Below, one piece after another: positions 12,885 to 27,235 of a stretch of 64,000 nucleotides of DNA (positions are counted from its first letter, which is position 1; each line of letters opens with the position of its first letter). A program made the translations under genes and the position numbers. Location: contig OX597829.1 of assembly GCA_951406725.2 (NCBI GenBank), positions 46,872,001 through 46,936,000 of the forward strand. The letters are read 5' to 3'. Under the pieces are notes generated by a model. It did not search any database. It saw nothing but the letters and a program-made list of their open reading frames with translations, and had not been told where the DNA came from. This DNA is from Octopus vulgaris. Its lineage: Eukaryota.

Positions 12885-13110
12885 ATATATATAGTAAATA
12901 TAAAACACTGAGTAAACGTAAAAAATAAACAAATGTAGGGAGTAGCACAAGCAATGTATATAAAAGACGCTCAGAGAACAGAGGGAGTAGTTGTTTTACG
13001 TTTCGAGCAAAGTTCTGCTTCGGAAACAGAAAAGGCAAGGAAGTCCAAGGGGAAAGAAGGAAGATAGAGGGAAAAATTGCTAACAGTCCACGTGAGGTTA
13101 CTTTTCTGAA
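12885..13110 (-). mobile_element. Decayed PLE pLTR-like repeat with degenerate hammerhead (12994-13026)
   Basis: Reverse complement reads TTT-CCGAAGC-AGAAC(ttt)GCTC-GAAA-CG-TA-AAA; region aligns by eye with 24440-24620. Confidence 0.5.
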
Positions 13111-13593
13111 GTGTATATCTATTTTATTATATTATATTATATTATATCATATCATATATTAGAAAAATTTGGTTGCTATTTGTCGCATAACTTGTTACAA
13201 TATAGGGAAGTCATAAATGTGTTAATGAGAAATGTTACTTCTATTTCTTAACGGAAGAACGTTAAGAGATCTCCCTTAATTCAGTCTTGAGAATACGCTA
13301 GGGTTGAGTGGAAGGTATTTCTAGCAGGTAAGTGATCCACTGCGACTGTGTGAATTTAGGAAAAGGCGTGATTGTTTAACAATCAGATGTAGTAAAATTT
13401 GCTATAGACACAGGCATTAACACTACAGTAAGGTTCTATAAGTGGCTGATATTATCTGATTATCACCTCTTCGCTGAGAAATTTGAAAACAATGGTAACA
13501 TTGTACACTTTGACATTAACTCATCAGTGTGTCTATTTAAGTATGTATGTGTAATGATGAGTATGTACACACACACACGCATACACGTACGCC

Positions 13594-13640
<47 letters not shown>

Positions 13641-13662
13641 GGGCATACGTATATGTACATAT

Positions 13663-13900
13663 TCTTTTATTATTTTACTTGTTTCAGTCGTTTGAGTGCG
13701 GCCATGCCGGAGCACTGCCTTTAGTCGAACAAATCGACCCCACGACTTATTCTTTGTAAGGCTAGTACTTACTTATTCTATCGGTCGTTTTTGCCGAACC
13801 GTTAAGTTACAGAAATGGAAACACACCAACATCGGTTGTCAAGCGGTAGTGGGAGAACAAGCACAGACACACAAACATGCATACACACACACACACACAT

Positions 13901-13975
<75 letters not shown>

Positions 13976-14111
13976 TATACGACGGGCTTCTTTCGGTTTC
14001 CCTCTACCAAATCCACTCACGTGGCTTGCCCAAGGTGACACACATTGGGACTGAACTCGGAACCATATGGTTGGTAAGCAAGCTACTTATCATACAGTCA
14101 CTCCTTCACCT
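13663..14111 (-). mobile_element. Family A SINE
   Basis: Homologous to 30-448. Confidence 0.88.
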
Positions 14112-14657
14112 ATTTATTTAAATCTTGTATTTACTTTCTGCAATGGTTAGGAGATAGTGGGGAAAGAAAAGATCGTAAAATGACAAATAGAGTGTGAAGG
14201 ATTAAACGGTTGGAAGGATGAGTTGTCATACCGTATGTGTTAAGTAACTCATCAAGGAAAGAAAGTATGAGAGAGACATATTTAAAATGAAAATGGGCTT
14301 CAGAAAAAACGGTTTACATATTTGTTTCTAGAAGCTGAACGAAAAATATGAATTGATTTCCTTGGTGTTTGAAAGTAAGGAAATCTGTACAGGATCTCGC
14401 AGTTTTAGTGGAATAATCCGATTGAATATAATCTTATTCAAATCTTTCAATTTTATTTCGTAGATAATACTGTAATATTTTTGTAAATATGCGCCATACT
14501 ATTTTCAATTAAATTCTTGTAATTATCATTAAATCATTCAGTGAACCAGTAAAAAAAAAAATATTAGTAATAATTTCATTTTCAACGGTGCGAGAATCTA
14601 TGTATTTATTTGCCATTAAGACCCATCATTTTTATTTGGCTTTCACATATCCTTATC

Positions 14658-14732
<75 letters not shown>

Positions 14733-15153
14733 ATTTATCGCTCTATCTATCTATTTATCTGCTTATCTATACATCAATGTATATATACCTGTGTGTATGT
14801 GACTATACATATATATGCATATATAAACATATTTATATATATATATGTATATATATACATATATACATGCGTACATGCTCTTATACAATAACAAATGAAT
14901 GACAAAGAAACAGAAAATATATGATTCCCTTCATTGGGTTGCGGGTGTTTCCATTTTAAAGAATTGTGCACTCAGAAGTAAAAGACAACGTGACATCTCA
15001 AAACTTAAAGAGTGTTTTAACATAAACGAATCGAGATTTTAGAATGTTGGCTAATTCACGATACATCGCCTCCGAAGCTTAGAAACACAGTCCATTATAC
15101 TGAGTTCTAACTGCGGATTATTGGTCTTACTATGAGTTAGCAGAATTATATGT

Positions 15154-15181
<28 letters not shown>

Positions 15182-15190
<9 letters not shown>

Positions 15191-15387
15191 AATTAAGGAC
15201 TGAACACGAAAGGGGGACAGTCAACATGCTAGATATAGACGTCAAATCGCCATTCTCCACAAAGATTACTTTTCGTGTTCAGTCCTTAATTGGTATATAT
15301 GAATATTTAAATCTTCGGATTCTTTTTAATATGCTAGACCACTGGTTTTAATTGACTAATATCAATTTCTACCCTTAATTAATTTAA

Positions 15388-15392
<5 letters not shown>
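15182..15392 (+). mobile_element. PLE-like end: 30-bp inverted repeat plus ~90-nt tail in (TA)n
   Basis: 15182-15211 is the exact reverse complement of 15271-15300; tail contains ACCACTGGT and TACCCT; (TA)n on both sides; no hammerhead seen. Confidence 0.6.
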
Positions 15393-15444
<52 letters not shown>

Positions 15445-16171
15445 TGAGTGTGTCTTCGTGATTCTGCGAGATATTGTACGAGGAATACTTTCTGAATGCG
15501 TGTCACGAGAAACATATGCTCCATTGAAATTCAACTTATGGAAATCTATCTAATTACGTTGTGTGGCATCGACTTCATAGCTCTTGGGATATATTCATCT
15601 CATTAAATTTATTACTGCAATGTTTTTCTTTTTTTTTTTTTTTTGCTTTTGGATAATTTATGTGTCTATGTACGATTAGTTATGATTAGTTATGTGTGTT
15701 ATGAAAGCATTTGTATGCAGATTCGTTGAAGTGACTCTGTGTGTGTGTGTGTGTCTGTGTTTTTTTTTTATGTTTCTTTCTTTCTGACGTATACATACAT
15801 TCATAGATGTATGAATGTGTGCGTGGGTCTCTAACAAGTAAATCCAATTTCAATTCCAATGGGAAACCATTTCGGCAAATATGTAATACATTAGATGCCA
15901 ATCAACTACCAAACAAGTTTTTTTTCTTTTTTCGTAAATGGAATTTGAGGAAGAGAATTTTGTGTTGGATTCTCTTTTGTTTCTGTCTTTGGCACATTTA
16001 TCCTCATTGTTCACTGCTTTAATTGATGCTTTTTTTCCTTAAATATTTCTACGCTTTCTTAGTCACGTGTTTCTCTTCCATGCCTCTATGCATTATTTGC
16101 TTCTGTATCTCCTCTTCACCTCAGAATTTTATTTGGGCTATTTGTGTGATATTTATCTCTCTCCCTTCTGT

Positions 16172-16240
<69 letters not shown>

Positions 16241-16292
16241 TGTGTGTGTGTATATATATGTATATATATATACAAATGCATATACATATATA

Positions 16293-16330
<38 letters not shown>

Positions 16331-16335
<5 letters not shown>

Positions 16336-17850
16336 TAAACAGAAAATGAAGAAATATTGATGAAAAACAATTGACTTAGATCGAGATACTAATTGGCTTA
16401 TACTTCCGTATGTTATCCAAATTACAACTAAGTTAGCGAAGTCAATATTTAAATTATAAATAAACACTTTGATAAGAATAGCAGGTATTCGGTAATTATT
16501 AATAGTAAAATAATAAAGATAGGTTACAATCTCACAAATAACCAAGCTAGAAACATTACCTCCCTAAATAATAATAAAAAAACTACACATTTTTTATTTA
16601 GATAGAAATAACAATAATAACAATAGCAAAAATTAAAATAACAACTCCCATGACCAGCCCAAACCTAGTAGGGATAACACTCACAGCCATAATAACCCTC
16701 TCAATCAGAATACACCTAACACCAAGCCACCAGTATGTAATTCTCCCCCACAGCACAACCTATGTGGCTGCAGAAATAAAGATAATTGCGCCCTTGGAAA
16801 TACTCGTTAAAGAAAATGTGTAATTTACCAGTACACAGTCACAACACAGTTTAGTAAAAAGATACATATAGGAGCTCCCAAAATGAAATGAAACGAAGAT
16901 TAGCTGCACACATACACACTTTCGGAAACACAAATAAGATTAACTCGACTGGATTAAGTAAATATATTTGGGAGCTTAAAGATAAAGATATTATATTTGT
17001 TTAAGAATGGAAATTCCTCACCTCTTTCGTCCAATATAAAAAATAAGAAATGCCATTTGTGCATCAATGAGACATTTTTCATATTAGACGCCCGACACCC
17101 ATTAAGTAACTTGAAGGAAGAGAGAAGTTACGCTTGCCTGAACAATGGTATGTTTACCTTGTCTAGATATAAATAGTATTAAGGACCCTTTTGCATCGTC
17201 CTCACAAAGAGTACCTAGAGCTCTTCACCATAGAAATAGTAAAATTCGATACTAAATGACGGCATGTTTTACCTTCCAGTTAAAGGTAGTTTAATAGTCT
17301 TACAAACCTAGTACTCTTGTAGGCGATCCAGTATTAATATACCTACATTGACATATCTAAGTTTAAAAATTTCCCCTCCCACACATAATGATTAAATTAT
17401 ATGATATATTATATCAATTTATCACTCCTTAATAGAACCTTCTCATCTCCTTTCAATCATATAATACCAGTTCTATTGATTCTTAACTTAAATCAGACTA
17501 TAGAATGCACAAGTATCCGTTCCCCTACCATTACTCTCTCCCAAATGGAACCTGGACCTGCCACATTAGCAATGAACTAATTTGGCTTTATTTGCAACTA
17601 ACTTTACCTTTCTATACCATTTGTTAGCTTGTTCCACTTAACTTAATTTCATTCATGACCTAATTTCAGTCAGCATGGGACTGCTTCCATTTATTGGAGA
17701 CTCCCTATTAGATTTACTCATTTCAAACCCCCATCACCGTATAACGAAATTTATTCAACACTTTAATATTAACTTCACACCTCTTTTAGTTGATAAAATT
17801 TGCTTGGACTTTGCATTGCAGTTAGCGCTTTTCTACAAACTATTATTGTT
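16331..17850 (+). mobile_element. 5'-truncated Penelope-like element: decayed RT C-terminus/thumb + GIY-YIG endonuclease, then long 3' region
   Basis: Frameshifted translation ~16382-16580: [43 protein letters not shown]. ~16757-17176: CGCRNKDNCALG..VIYQ..HIG..KRRLAAH..TF..STGLSKYIWELK..W..CHLCINE..N..E..YAC. Begins directly after (TA)n. The 3' boundary is uncertain. Confidence 0.75.
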
Positions 17851-17851
17851 G

Positions 17852-18371
17852 TTAGGTGTATTAATATATATTTCTTTACTACCCACAAGGGGCTAAACAT
17901 AGAGGGGACAAACAAGGACAGACAAAGGGATTAAGTCGATTACATCGACCCCAGTGCGAAATTGGTACTTTATTTATCGACCCCGAAAGGATGAAAGGCA
18001 AAGTCGACCTCGGCGGAATTTGAACTCACAACGTAACGACAGGCGTAATACCGCTAAGCATTTCGCCCGGCGTGCTAACGATTCTGCCAGCTCGCCGCCT
18101 TATTAGGTGTATTAATATATATTTCTTTATTGCCCACAAGGGGCTATACATAGAGAGGACAAACAAGGACAGACAAAGGGATTAAGTCGATTACATCGAC
18201 CCCAGTGCGAAATTGGTACTTTATTTATCGACCCCGAAAGGATGAAAGGCAAAGTCGACCTCGGCGGAATTTGAACTCACAACGTAACGACAGGCGTAAT
18301 ACCGCTAAGCATTTCGCCCGGCGTGCTAACGATTCTGCCAGCTCGCCGCCTTATTAGGTGTATTAATATAT
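17852..18371 (-). mobile_element. Tandem pair of family B SINEs separated and flanked by three copies of an 18-bp target site
   Basis: TTAGGTGTATTAATATAT at 17852, 18103 and 18354 (period 251 bp). Confidence 0.92.
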
Positions 18372-18654
18372 GCATGGAAGTGGAACTGTGGAAGCCGCCC
18401 ACATGTACGCACCCAAGCATGAGTTGATTTAACGATAATATTAGTAATAATAATAATAATATAATGATATATATTAAGAATGATTGAGCAAACTGTGTTA
18501 TGAACCTGCATCAGTAGCAATAATAATAATCAGGAAGTAATTAAATTGTAATCATTTAATTAATTTCGGGATTTTTATTTTTATACTTATATGACCACTA
18601 GGCTGAATGTATTTAGGAATGTTTAGCCAATTACTGTTTGATTGAAATCATGAT

Positions 18655-19140
<486 letters not shown>

Positions 19141-19254
19141 TTTTATATACGTAGAGATACCTCATATATGTGAATGTATCTATATGTATGTATATGTGTG
19201 CGTGCAGATTTCTGAATGAAGTGTGTATACGTTTGGACTTCTGTGAAGAAAAAG

Positions 19255-19600
19255 CATGGTTCCGGATTCAGTCCCACTGCGTGGCTCCTTGGGCAAGTGT
19301 CTTCTATAGCCTCAGGCCTAACAAAACCTTGTGAGTGGATTTGATCGGCAGAAACTGAAAGAAGCTTCTCATATATGTATATATATGTATGCATTTCTCT
19401 GTGTGTCTCTATTTGCCCTCCACCCCACCCAGCATCTCTTGCTAACCGACGCTGGTTTGTTTACGTCCCCGTAAGCTAGCGGTTCGGCAAAAGAGACCGA
19501 TATAATTAGTACTAGGCTTACAAAGAATAAGTCCTGAGATCTATTTATTCGACTAAAGGTGGTGTTCCAGCATGGCCACAGTCAAATGACTGAAACAAGT
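19255..19600 (+). mobile_element. Family A SINE, 5'-truncated
   Basis: Starts CATGGTTCCGGATTCAGTCCC; tail CAGTCAAATGACTGAAACAAGT. Confidence 0.88.
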
Positions 19601-19623
19601 CATGGACAGACAGACAAACAGAT

Positions 19624-21554
19624 ATGTTTCTTTATTAGCCACACAGGGCTGCACACAGACAGGACAAATTACAAAGTAGAGCTTTTCTTTTGCGGGTAAA
19701 AAAGGGGGTTTGGTTTTCGATCAAAAGGGATCGTAAAAGGAAAGAAAGAGGACAAAAAAAAGAGGGGGGGGATAAAATTTAAAAAAGAAAAAAAGGAAAA
19801 GGAAAAGGAAAAAAATTTATCAATAGGGATCGTTATCACAGAAATGTCAATATAAAGTGTAAAGGGGAGGACAGGTGAGGTTTACCCGTGGAAAGAAAAG
19901 CCTACGGAAAAGACCACGGTAACCTCGGTCAATGAAGTCACATGTTATTTTTTTTTTACAAATAAGCAACTCTCTGTATTAATTTTTACGGTTCATAGGA
20001 TCATAGTCAAGGTGGCTTCGTCATTCATACGTACCATCCTAGCTACATTCACCCATCTTTTTTTAAAACATTCACTAGACAAAACTGCCTCTCTACTCTC
20101 ACTTTCCTCTTCAGGTGATACTTGAAGAAGTTGATGAGAGATTGACCAGAGAGGAAAGTGTTTGTCTCTAATCCTTTCAGGCGCGTCCACCAGATACATT
20201 CTTTCGCCATAGCCACAAGTATAAAAATAGCTCTTCCTTCCCGTTTGAAGGAAGGAGGCGTGACGATATTAACGATAGACTCGGCTGATAAACCGACACG
20301 TCCCACACGTGACAGCAGTGGTTCGACATAAGCCCACAGGTCGGAGATTGTTGGACACTGCACGAGTGCGTGAAGAACGGTTTCGTCGCTCTGCCCGCAT
20401 CTTGGGCAGGTCGGCCCCGTGTTTCTCGAGCCAACCCTATAGAGCTTATCCCGAACAAGTAGCGCTTCTCGGTAGCACCGCCAGACCAGGGATCTCTGGA
20501 AGTTTTCCATAGGTCCCGGCCCAAAAGTCGTTTCAAACAGGCGGGTCAAGTATTCCTCGTCGACGCCCAGGTTTGCCCCAAGATCGTCGTCGTACCTCCC
20601 CTCCACTAATCCCCTATAGAATGCTTTGGTTGTGTTGAAGTCACTCAAGGTCGACCCGGGACGGCAGAGTTGCTTGAGAGCAACGCGACACTCGCGGTGC
20701 CATTCGCCCTTCCTCGGCCTCTTTTTGATCCACGACTGCAGTTCGGTCATGGAGACGAACTACGGGAATGCGTGCCTCACAAACGGCGACCACACCTGTT
20801 CACCGTCGTCTACGAAGAGCCTGAGATGTCGCAGTCTCAGCGCGTGTCTGCGCATCATCAACCACGGCATGCCCAGCCCATCTTTTAACGGGTGTTGACA
20901 GCAAATGGATCGCCTGACAATCGAGACGCTTCCTTTCCACAAGAAGCGGAAGAGAATGTGTTCTAGTTTGGTGATGGTAGGGTCGGGACAAGGTACGACG
21001 GTCAGGCAGTAGTAGATGATGGACGCGATGTACGTGTTCGCCACCTCCGCCCGACCTTTTAGGGACAGTTTTCTCTCGGCCCATTGCCGGGCGAGAGTGA
21101 CCACCCTACTCGTTATCTCGTTCCAGTTTTTCTTCATTTGGAGGTCCGGACCGAACCAGACCCCGAGCAACTCAACCGGGCCGTCCGTCCAGCGTCCCAC
21201 GACGGAGGTACTGGTGGACTGCATGGGCTTGCTTCTCCAGGTGCCGAGCCGCAAGCCCACTGACTTTTCCCGGTTGATTTTTGCTCCTGTCACCGCTTCG
21301 TAGTCTTTCAGTGTCTCGCCGACCAGCTCGATGTGCTCGTGGCTTGACACTATGACGGTGACATCGTCCGCGTATGCAGACATGCTTGTCCCGCATCATA
21401 ATTCTCGCGGGATGCCCCTCAGAGTCGCCAGCTTCCGCACTAGTGGCTCGAGAGTCAATACGTATAGAAGCGACGAGAGGGGGCATCCCAGACGGACCGA
21501 ACGTGCAATGTCGAAAGGTCTCAATAGATGTCCATTTACGCGAACTACCGAACG

Positions 21555-21556
<2 letters not shown>
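19624..21556 (-). mobile_element. 5'-truncated Tx1/L1-clade non-LTR retrotransposon (partial RT, CCHC zinc finger, 3' UTR), frameshifted
   Basis: GC-rich island encoding SVRLGCPLSSLLYVLTLEPL, SAYADDV, GAKINREKS, LLGVWF, LSLKGRAEVANT, DGLG and CPRCGQSDETVLHALVQC (ORFs 20760-21383 and 20049-20750). The 5' end abuts (GATA)n. Confidence 0.93.
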
Positions 21557-21643
<87 letters not shown>

Positions 21644-21740
21644 TCAGGTTGTTAGGTAGGTAGGTAGATAGGTAGGTAGGTAGGTAGGTAGGCAGGCAGG
21701 CAGGCAGGCAGGTAGGTAAGTTTTAGGTAGGTAGGTAGCG
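21555..21740. repeat. (GATA)n then (GGTA)/(GGCA)n microsatellite
   Basis: Direct reading. Confidence 0.95.
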
Positions 21741-21959
21741 TGATTAATATAAAATAAGGGGATAATAAAGAATTTAGAATGGAGTGATATGGAGAGGGAC
21801 CAAAAAAAGAAAAACAATATTTATTAATTGAGAATGAACGAAAAATATTAATAATCAGTGGTTGGACAATCAGAAAAGGGAAACAGCGTTCAGGATAGGA
21901 AGAGAAGGAGAAGAATTCATGTGGAAAATAGGGGAGAGGCAGAAGGCGGGGGGAGGGAA

Positions 21960-22610
21960 GCCATATAAAAAGGTTGATTAAAGGAAAGAAGTAAGGTGAC
22001 AAAAACGAAGAAAACGAAAGAAAAAAGAATGAATAAACTTAGAAGGAACAAACATCGAAAAAGAAACAGCAAAGGAAGGAAAATGGCCGAGAAAAGAAAA
22101 ACTGAACGAGAAAAAGAGAGAATTTAGAATGAAAGAGTAACGTGAAGAAAGACAAAGAGAGGAAGAATGAATGAATGAATGGAAACAGGACGAAAGGCGG
22201 TAAGAATGAAAGAAAAAGAAAAAACAAAACGAAAGAGAAAATGTCGTTAAAAAGAAAACAAGTAAATCGTAATGAATGAAATAAAAAGAAAAATGAAAGA
22301 AAGAAAGAAAGAAGTAAAGGAAAAAGAAAGAAGGAAAAGAAGAGAGCAAGGAAGGAATGAAGGAAGGAAGAAGGAAAGAAAGAAAGGAAAGTGAGAGGAG
22401 AGAAAGGAAAAATGAAAGAATCAGTGAAAGATGGATAGGAGTGAAGGAAAGACGAAAGACAAAGAGAGAACGACGCTTATATATAAATCACACAGAAAGA
22501 AAGAAACAAACAAATAAGATACAATGAACGAAAGAAGGAAAGAAAGAAGGAAACAGGTTACAATGAACGAAAAAAAGGAAAGAAAGAAAGAAAGAAGTTA
22601 CAATGAACGA

Positions 22611-22649
<39 letters not shown>

Positions 22650-22670
22650 GAAGGAAGAAAGAAAGAAGGA

Positions 22671-22702
<32 letters not shown>

Positions 22703-22776
22703 AACAGGTTACAATGAACGAAAAAAAGGAAAGAAAGAAACAAGTTACAATGAACGAAAGAAGGAAAGAAAGTAAC

Positions 22777-22860
<84 letters not shown>

Positions 22861-23031
22861 AAAAGAAAAAGGTTACTAAGAAAGAAAGAAGGAAAGAAAG
22901 AAAGAGAAGAGAGAGATGAGCGAAAGAAAGAAAGAAAGAAGTACAATGAAAGAAAGAAACAAGATACAATGGACGGGATAAAAATAATAGCGGGGATAAA
23001 CAAGAAAGGAGAAGGAAGACAGAAAGAAGGA

Positions 23032-23072
<41 letters not shown>

Positions 23073-23125
23073 CGAGAAAGAAAGAAAGAAAGAAAGGAAA
23101 GAAAGAAAGGAAAGAAAGAAAGGAA
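21960..23125. repeat. Purine-rich degenerate (GAAA)n array with recurring TACAATGAACGAAA motif
   Basis: Direct reading. Confidence 0.9.
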
Positions 23126-24007
23126 CTAACAAAACAAAGAAGGGTTGTGTAAGGTAAGTGAAGTTGAACGACTAAGTATAATGGTATTGCAAAATATTGT
23201 GTTGCAAAACTAATTCAAAGGACTTGAAATGCGATAAATACGAGTGTGTTTGATTGAGGAAAGTAATTACAGCGTTTGTGCCATGAATTAAAGAATATTT
23301 CTGGCAACGGTTGGGAACAATAACCAATGTGAAATCGATTTCTCTCTTAATTTTTGGCAACGGAAACGACAAGAATATATGATGTGATAACGAATTTATT
23401 TGTGCAAATAAAATGGCTCCAAATTTAAACGGCATCAATAGTTACAGACTTTATTAGCAGCTGCAACAAATATTCATACTCCAAGGTTGTTGGTGTTGTT
23501 CTTGTTGTTATTGTTGTTCATTTGTGGTCCCATTGTTTTGTTTCCCTTGTTTTGTTTCCCTTGTTTTGTTTTGTTTTGTTTGTCTGTTCTTAGTGTATTT
23601 AAAGCAACAGCAGCGATTTAAACAAGAAAATAGCCGAGATAGAGTAAGAAACTTGTTAATTTTGTTTATAACTCTTTTTTTTTAAACTCTTTTTTGGTAT
23701 GACAAAGCGTAATCATATAAATGCGTGTATACGTGTACACATGCGCACACACGCCTTTACATGGTTATACTTCCTCATGAAATACGCACACACACATTCA
23801 CACACATACACACACAAATAGGCATATTTACATTTTAATCTGATCCGTTTTCTTCCTAATCAGTTTTCCGCCCGTGAAGTCTTTTCTATATATGGAGTGT
23901 ACTTCTCTTTATATACCAAACTCTAACCTTTCACTGTACATACATACTCACGTACGCACACACACACACATATCTATATATACATATGTACATACATAAT
24001 ATATACC

Positions 24008-24096
<89 letters not shown>

Positions 24097-24237
24097 GTAA
24101 GTAGGATGTACGTAGGTAGATAGGTAGGTAGATGGACGGACGGACGGACAGACAGACAGATGGATAGACAGACAGACACACAGATAGATAGAAAGACAGA
24201 CACACAGATATATAGATAGACAGACACACACACACAC

Positions 24238-24328
<91 letters not shown>
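24008..24328. repeat. (GATA)n compound microsatellite
   Basis: Direct reading. Confidence 0.95.
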
Positions 24329-24439
24329 TCTGCACAGCACTGGCCTGAACGCGAAGAAAATGTTCGGAAAGCATTTCAATTTAGGATTATTACCAGAGAA
24401 ATTTCTTCACTTTCCACTAAAATTCAAGTGAAAACTGAT

Positions 24440-24620
24440 TTTCGAAGTTTTCTTGGCCTATTTCTTTTCCTTTTTTTGGACTTTTCCCTTTCTTCTTTAC
24501 GATGAAGAGCTATTCTCGAAACCTCAAACTCTCCTTTCACCGAGCGACAAGTTAATACATTTGTTGTGAACGTCCTCTTGCCGTGTGTTTGTATTTTGTT
24601 TTTTTATTCTCTTACATAAT
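24440..24620 (+). mobile_element. Decayed PLE pLTR-like repeat with degenerate hammerhead (24496-24529)
   Basis: TTT-ACGATGA-AGAGC(tat)TCTC-GAAA-CC-TC-AAAC; same family as 12885-13110. Confidence 0.5.
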
Positions 24621-24655
24621 ATCTTTGTTTATTTGAATTGACTCTGTGTGTGTGG

Positions 24656-24703
<48 letters not shown>

Positions 24704-24981
24704 CCAAAATGAGGAAGTGTAACAGGGGTAAAATATACGCTACATATTTTTCTAAACTAGTCGGAGCCGATCATGCAGTTGTTATGCAATGAACTCTCCT
24801 CAACGCAGCTAATCATCAAACTGAGATAATCTTACGCTCACACTCATACACACACACACACTAACACATACATACATACATACATACATACATACATACA
24901 TACATACCAATATATACATACATATGCACGTGTGTGTATGTGTCTCTGTGTGTGCGTGCGTGTGTTTGTGTGTGCGTGCGT

Positions 24982-25167
24982 GTTGCCATCATCTGACTGA
25001 TGATCGCGAGCCAGCCGAAACTTCGAAGCCACCATCCATCTTTTGTTTGTGAGACTTAATAAACATTCACTGGTCTTAAAATTCTTTGCAAAATCTCAGT
25101 TAAAATATTTTCATAGGTGTATAACTTCGTATAGAAACACTCAGTAATGGCCTTGCTGTCTTTTTTA
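24982..25167 (+). mobile_element. Possible PLE end with degenerate hammerhead (24997-25030)
   Basis: CTGATGA-tcgcgagccagcc-GAAA-CTTCGAAG-CC (palindromic stem III; GUC site mutated; weak stems I and II), then AATAAA and a tail; bounded by (TG)/(CA) tracts. Confidence 0.4.
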
Positions 25168-25715
25168 CACACACATACATATGTATATGAGTTATGTAGG
25201 TAGATGGGTGAGTAGGCATGCACATATATATATATATATAAAGCTTAAATATAAATATATTTCAGGATTCAAATAATCAATAAACTAATATAATTTTGAA
25301 CAACAGAACAGCTATAAGTAAAATATAGAAATTGCGTGGGCTTGATCTTATTGGTTGTGCGGCTATATTTATTTTGGAAAATTTGCTTTTGGCCTCGTGC
25401 CACATCTGTTTGAAGTAGAACGTTTAGTTTATTAGTTAGTATAAGATGAGTTATGAAACTTTGTTGTGGTATAACTCTAATTATATGATACATTGGGTCA
25501 CATATTGACTTGAGTTTATGTGCTGGCGATATTGAGTGTCTTAATACTTGCTATTTTAAGATATATATTCACAACAGCGATGGCTAATGGATTTGTAGTC
25601 GGGCTAACGATTATAAATTCATGGGTTTCCAATCTTGGACCGGGTAATAAGTTGTGCTTTAGTGCAAGATATTTCTTTTCTTTTCACTCCGGTCGAATCA
25701 GGTGAAATGAGTACC

Positions 25716-25947
25716 TATTTCTTTACTACCCACAAGGGGCTAAACACAGAGGTGGCAAACAAGGACAGACAAACGGATTAAGTCGATTATATCGACCCCA
25801 GTGCGTAACTGGTACTTATTTAATCGACCCCGATAGGATGAAAGGCAAAGTCGACCTCGGCGGAATTTGAACTCAGAACATAGCGGCAGACGAAATACCT
25901 CTAAGCATTTCGCCCGGCGTGATAACGTTTCTGCCAGCTCGCCGCCT
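25716..25947 (-). mobile_element. Family B SINE nested in an older family D-like SINE (~25580-25715)
   Basis: TGAAATGAGTACC repeated on both sides. Confidence 0.88.
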
Positions 25948-26662
25948 TACAAATGAGATGAAATGAGTACCATTTACGTGTTGATGTTGCGCTCTCTTCT
26001 CCCAGCTTTCACAACTTATATGCTTCGCTGGGCCTAGTTTAAGAAGTCGAAATGAGTGCTCGCAACTACACAGGCACCGAAAGCAATTAGCGAAAACATA
26101 GTACATGCTACTAAGTTATACCCATTTGCAAATACTGTCTCTTGCTATTGAATAATTTTATCGATCTTAAATTCTTTATCACGACTAGTGCTTTTGCTTT
26201 TTGATCTATCCTGTTGTCGAGTAGATATCTCTCTCAAGCACTTTATTCGTGTGAACACTTTATAACAAACATATCAATCAGCATGCTTTGGGAGTATTTT
26301 CTGCCATTACAACCTAAGTGTTTCTGAAGAGTTAACAGAAACGATGTAGCACCAAATTAAATGTTACATCACCTATCTTTATCATATTATTATTTCAATT
26401 CTCATTCCTTCGTATTTGATTTTGATTTGTTTAGTTCTGGAATCGACAAAATAGGAAAAAAAAAACCTGTAATTTGTTGGGCGACTGAATGATTATATTT
26501 TTTTCCTTTAGAAATTTTTGACCTGATATCTACGGAATAAAAATGTGAGCAATTGGGAAAGCTCTTTCAGCGCTTATTATTATTATTATTATTAAGGTTG
26601 CTATTCGCAATTTTGAACCGAAAGGCAGCAGACGTAGTCGTCAGTAAAGTGATGGAGCGCCA

Positions 26663-26797
26663 GTTTTGTCAGTGAATAGGTCGCGGTTTCAAAGCGACGA
26701 AAATATTCTGACACAAATGAAAATTAAATATTGCCGTGAAACTAAAGGTTTTGTGTGTTCTTGAATGGCCTACAAATATATCTTCCGCGCTGCAATT
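26663..26797 (+). repeat. Dispersed repeat family G, copy 1
   Basis: ~135 bp similar to 28809-28942 (GTTTTGTCAG..GGTCGCGGT..AAAGCGACGAAAATATT..). Confidence 0.7.
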
Positions 26798-26837
26798 CTT
26801 GTTGCACGATCTCAGGTCAGGTTACTTGCTATGCAAG

Positions 26838-26890
<53 letters not shown>

Positions 26891-26949
26891 ATCTCTCTAT
26901 ATATATATATATTATTAGTATTATTATCATCGTTATTATTATTATTATT

Positions 26950-27235
26950 CTATGTTTGACTTTTGCTTTATGTCTGTACAAGTTGGCTCCAAGTCTCACC
27001 CAGAGACCTCAAGAGACAACAGGTTGGAAGTTTTGTGCCATATATTTGGGGGGTTTTTTGGGGCGGGGGTTGTACTAGTGAATGTCTAATACATAAAATA
27101 AATAAATAAATAAATAAATAAATAAAAGTTTGTTTTAAACCTTGGGATTACATAGAGAGTATTTTGCGTAGGATATGAGCAGTTCCCATGAGCACTATCT
27201 TTTGAATTTCTGCCATTTTGGGGTTTCCTGGTATC

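Noticed and set aside
26318-26352. CTGAAGA-gttaaca-GAAA-CGATG-TA hammerhead-like string
   Set aside because: Stem II cannot form and stem I is out of register; chance match or deleted relic.
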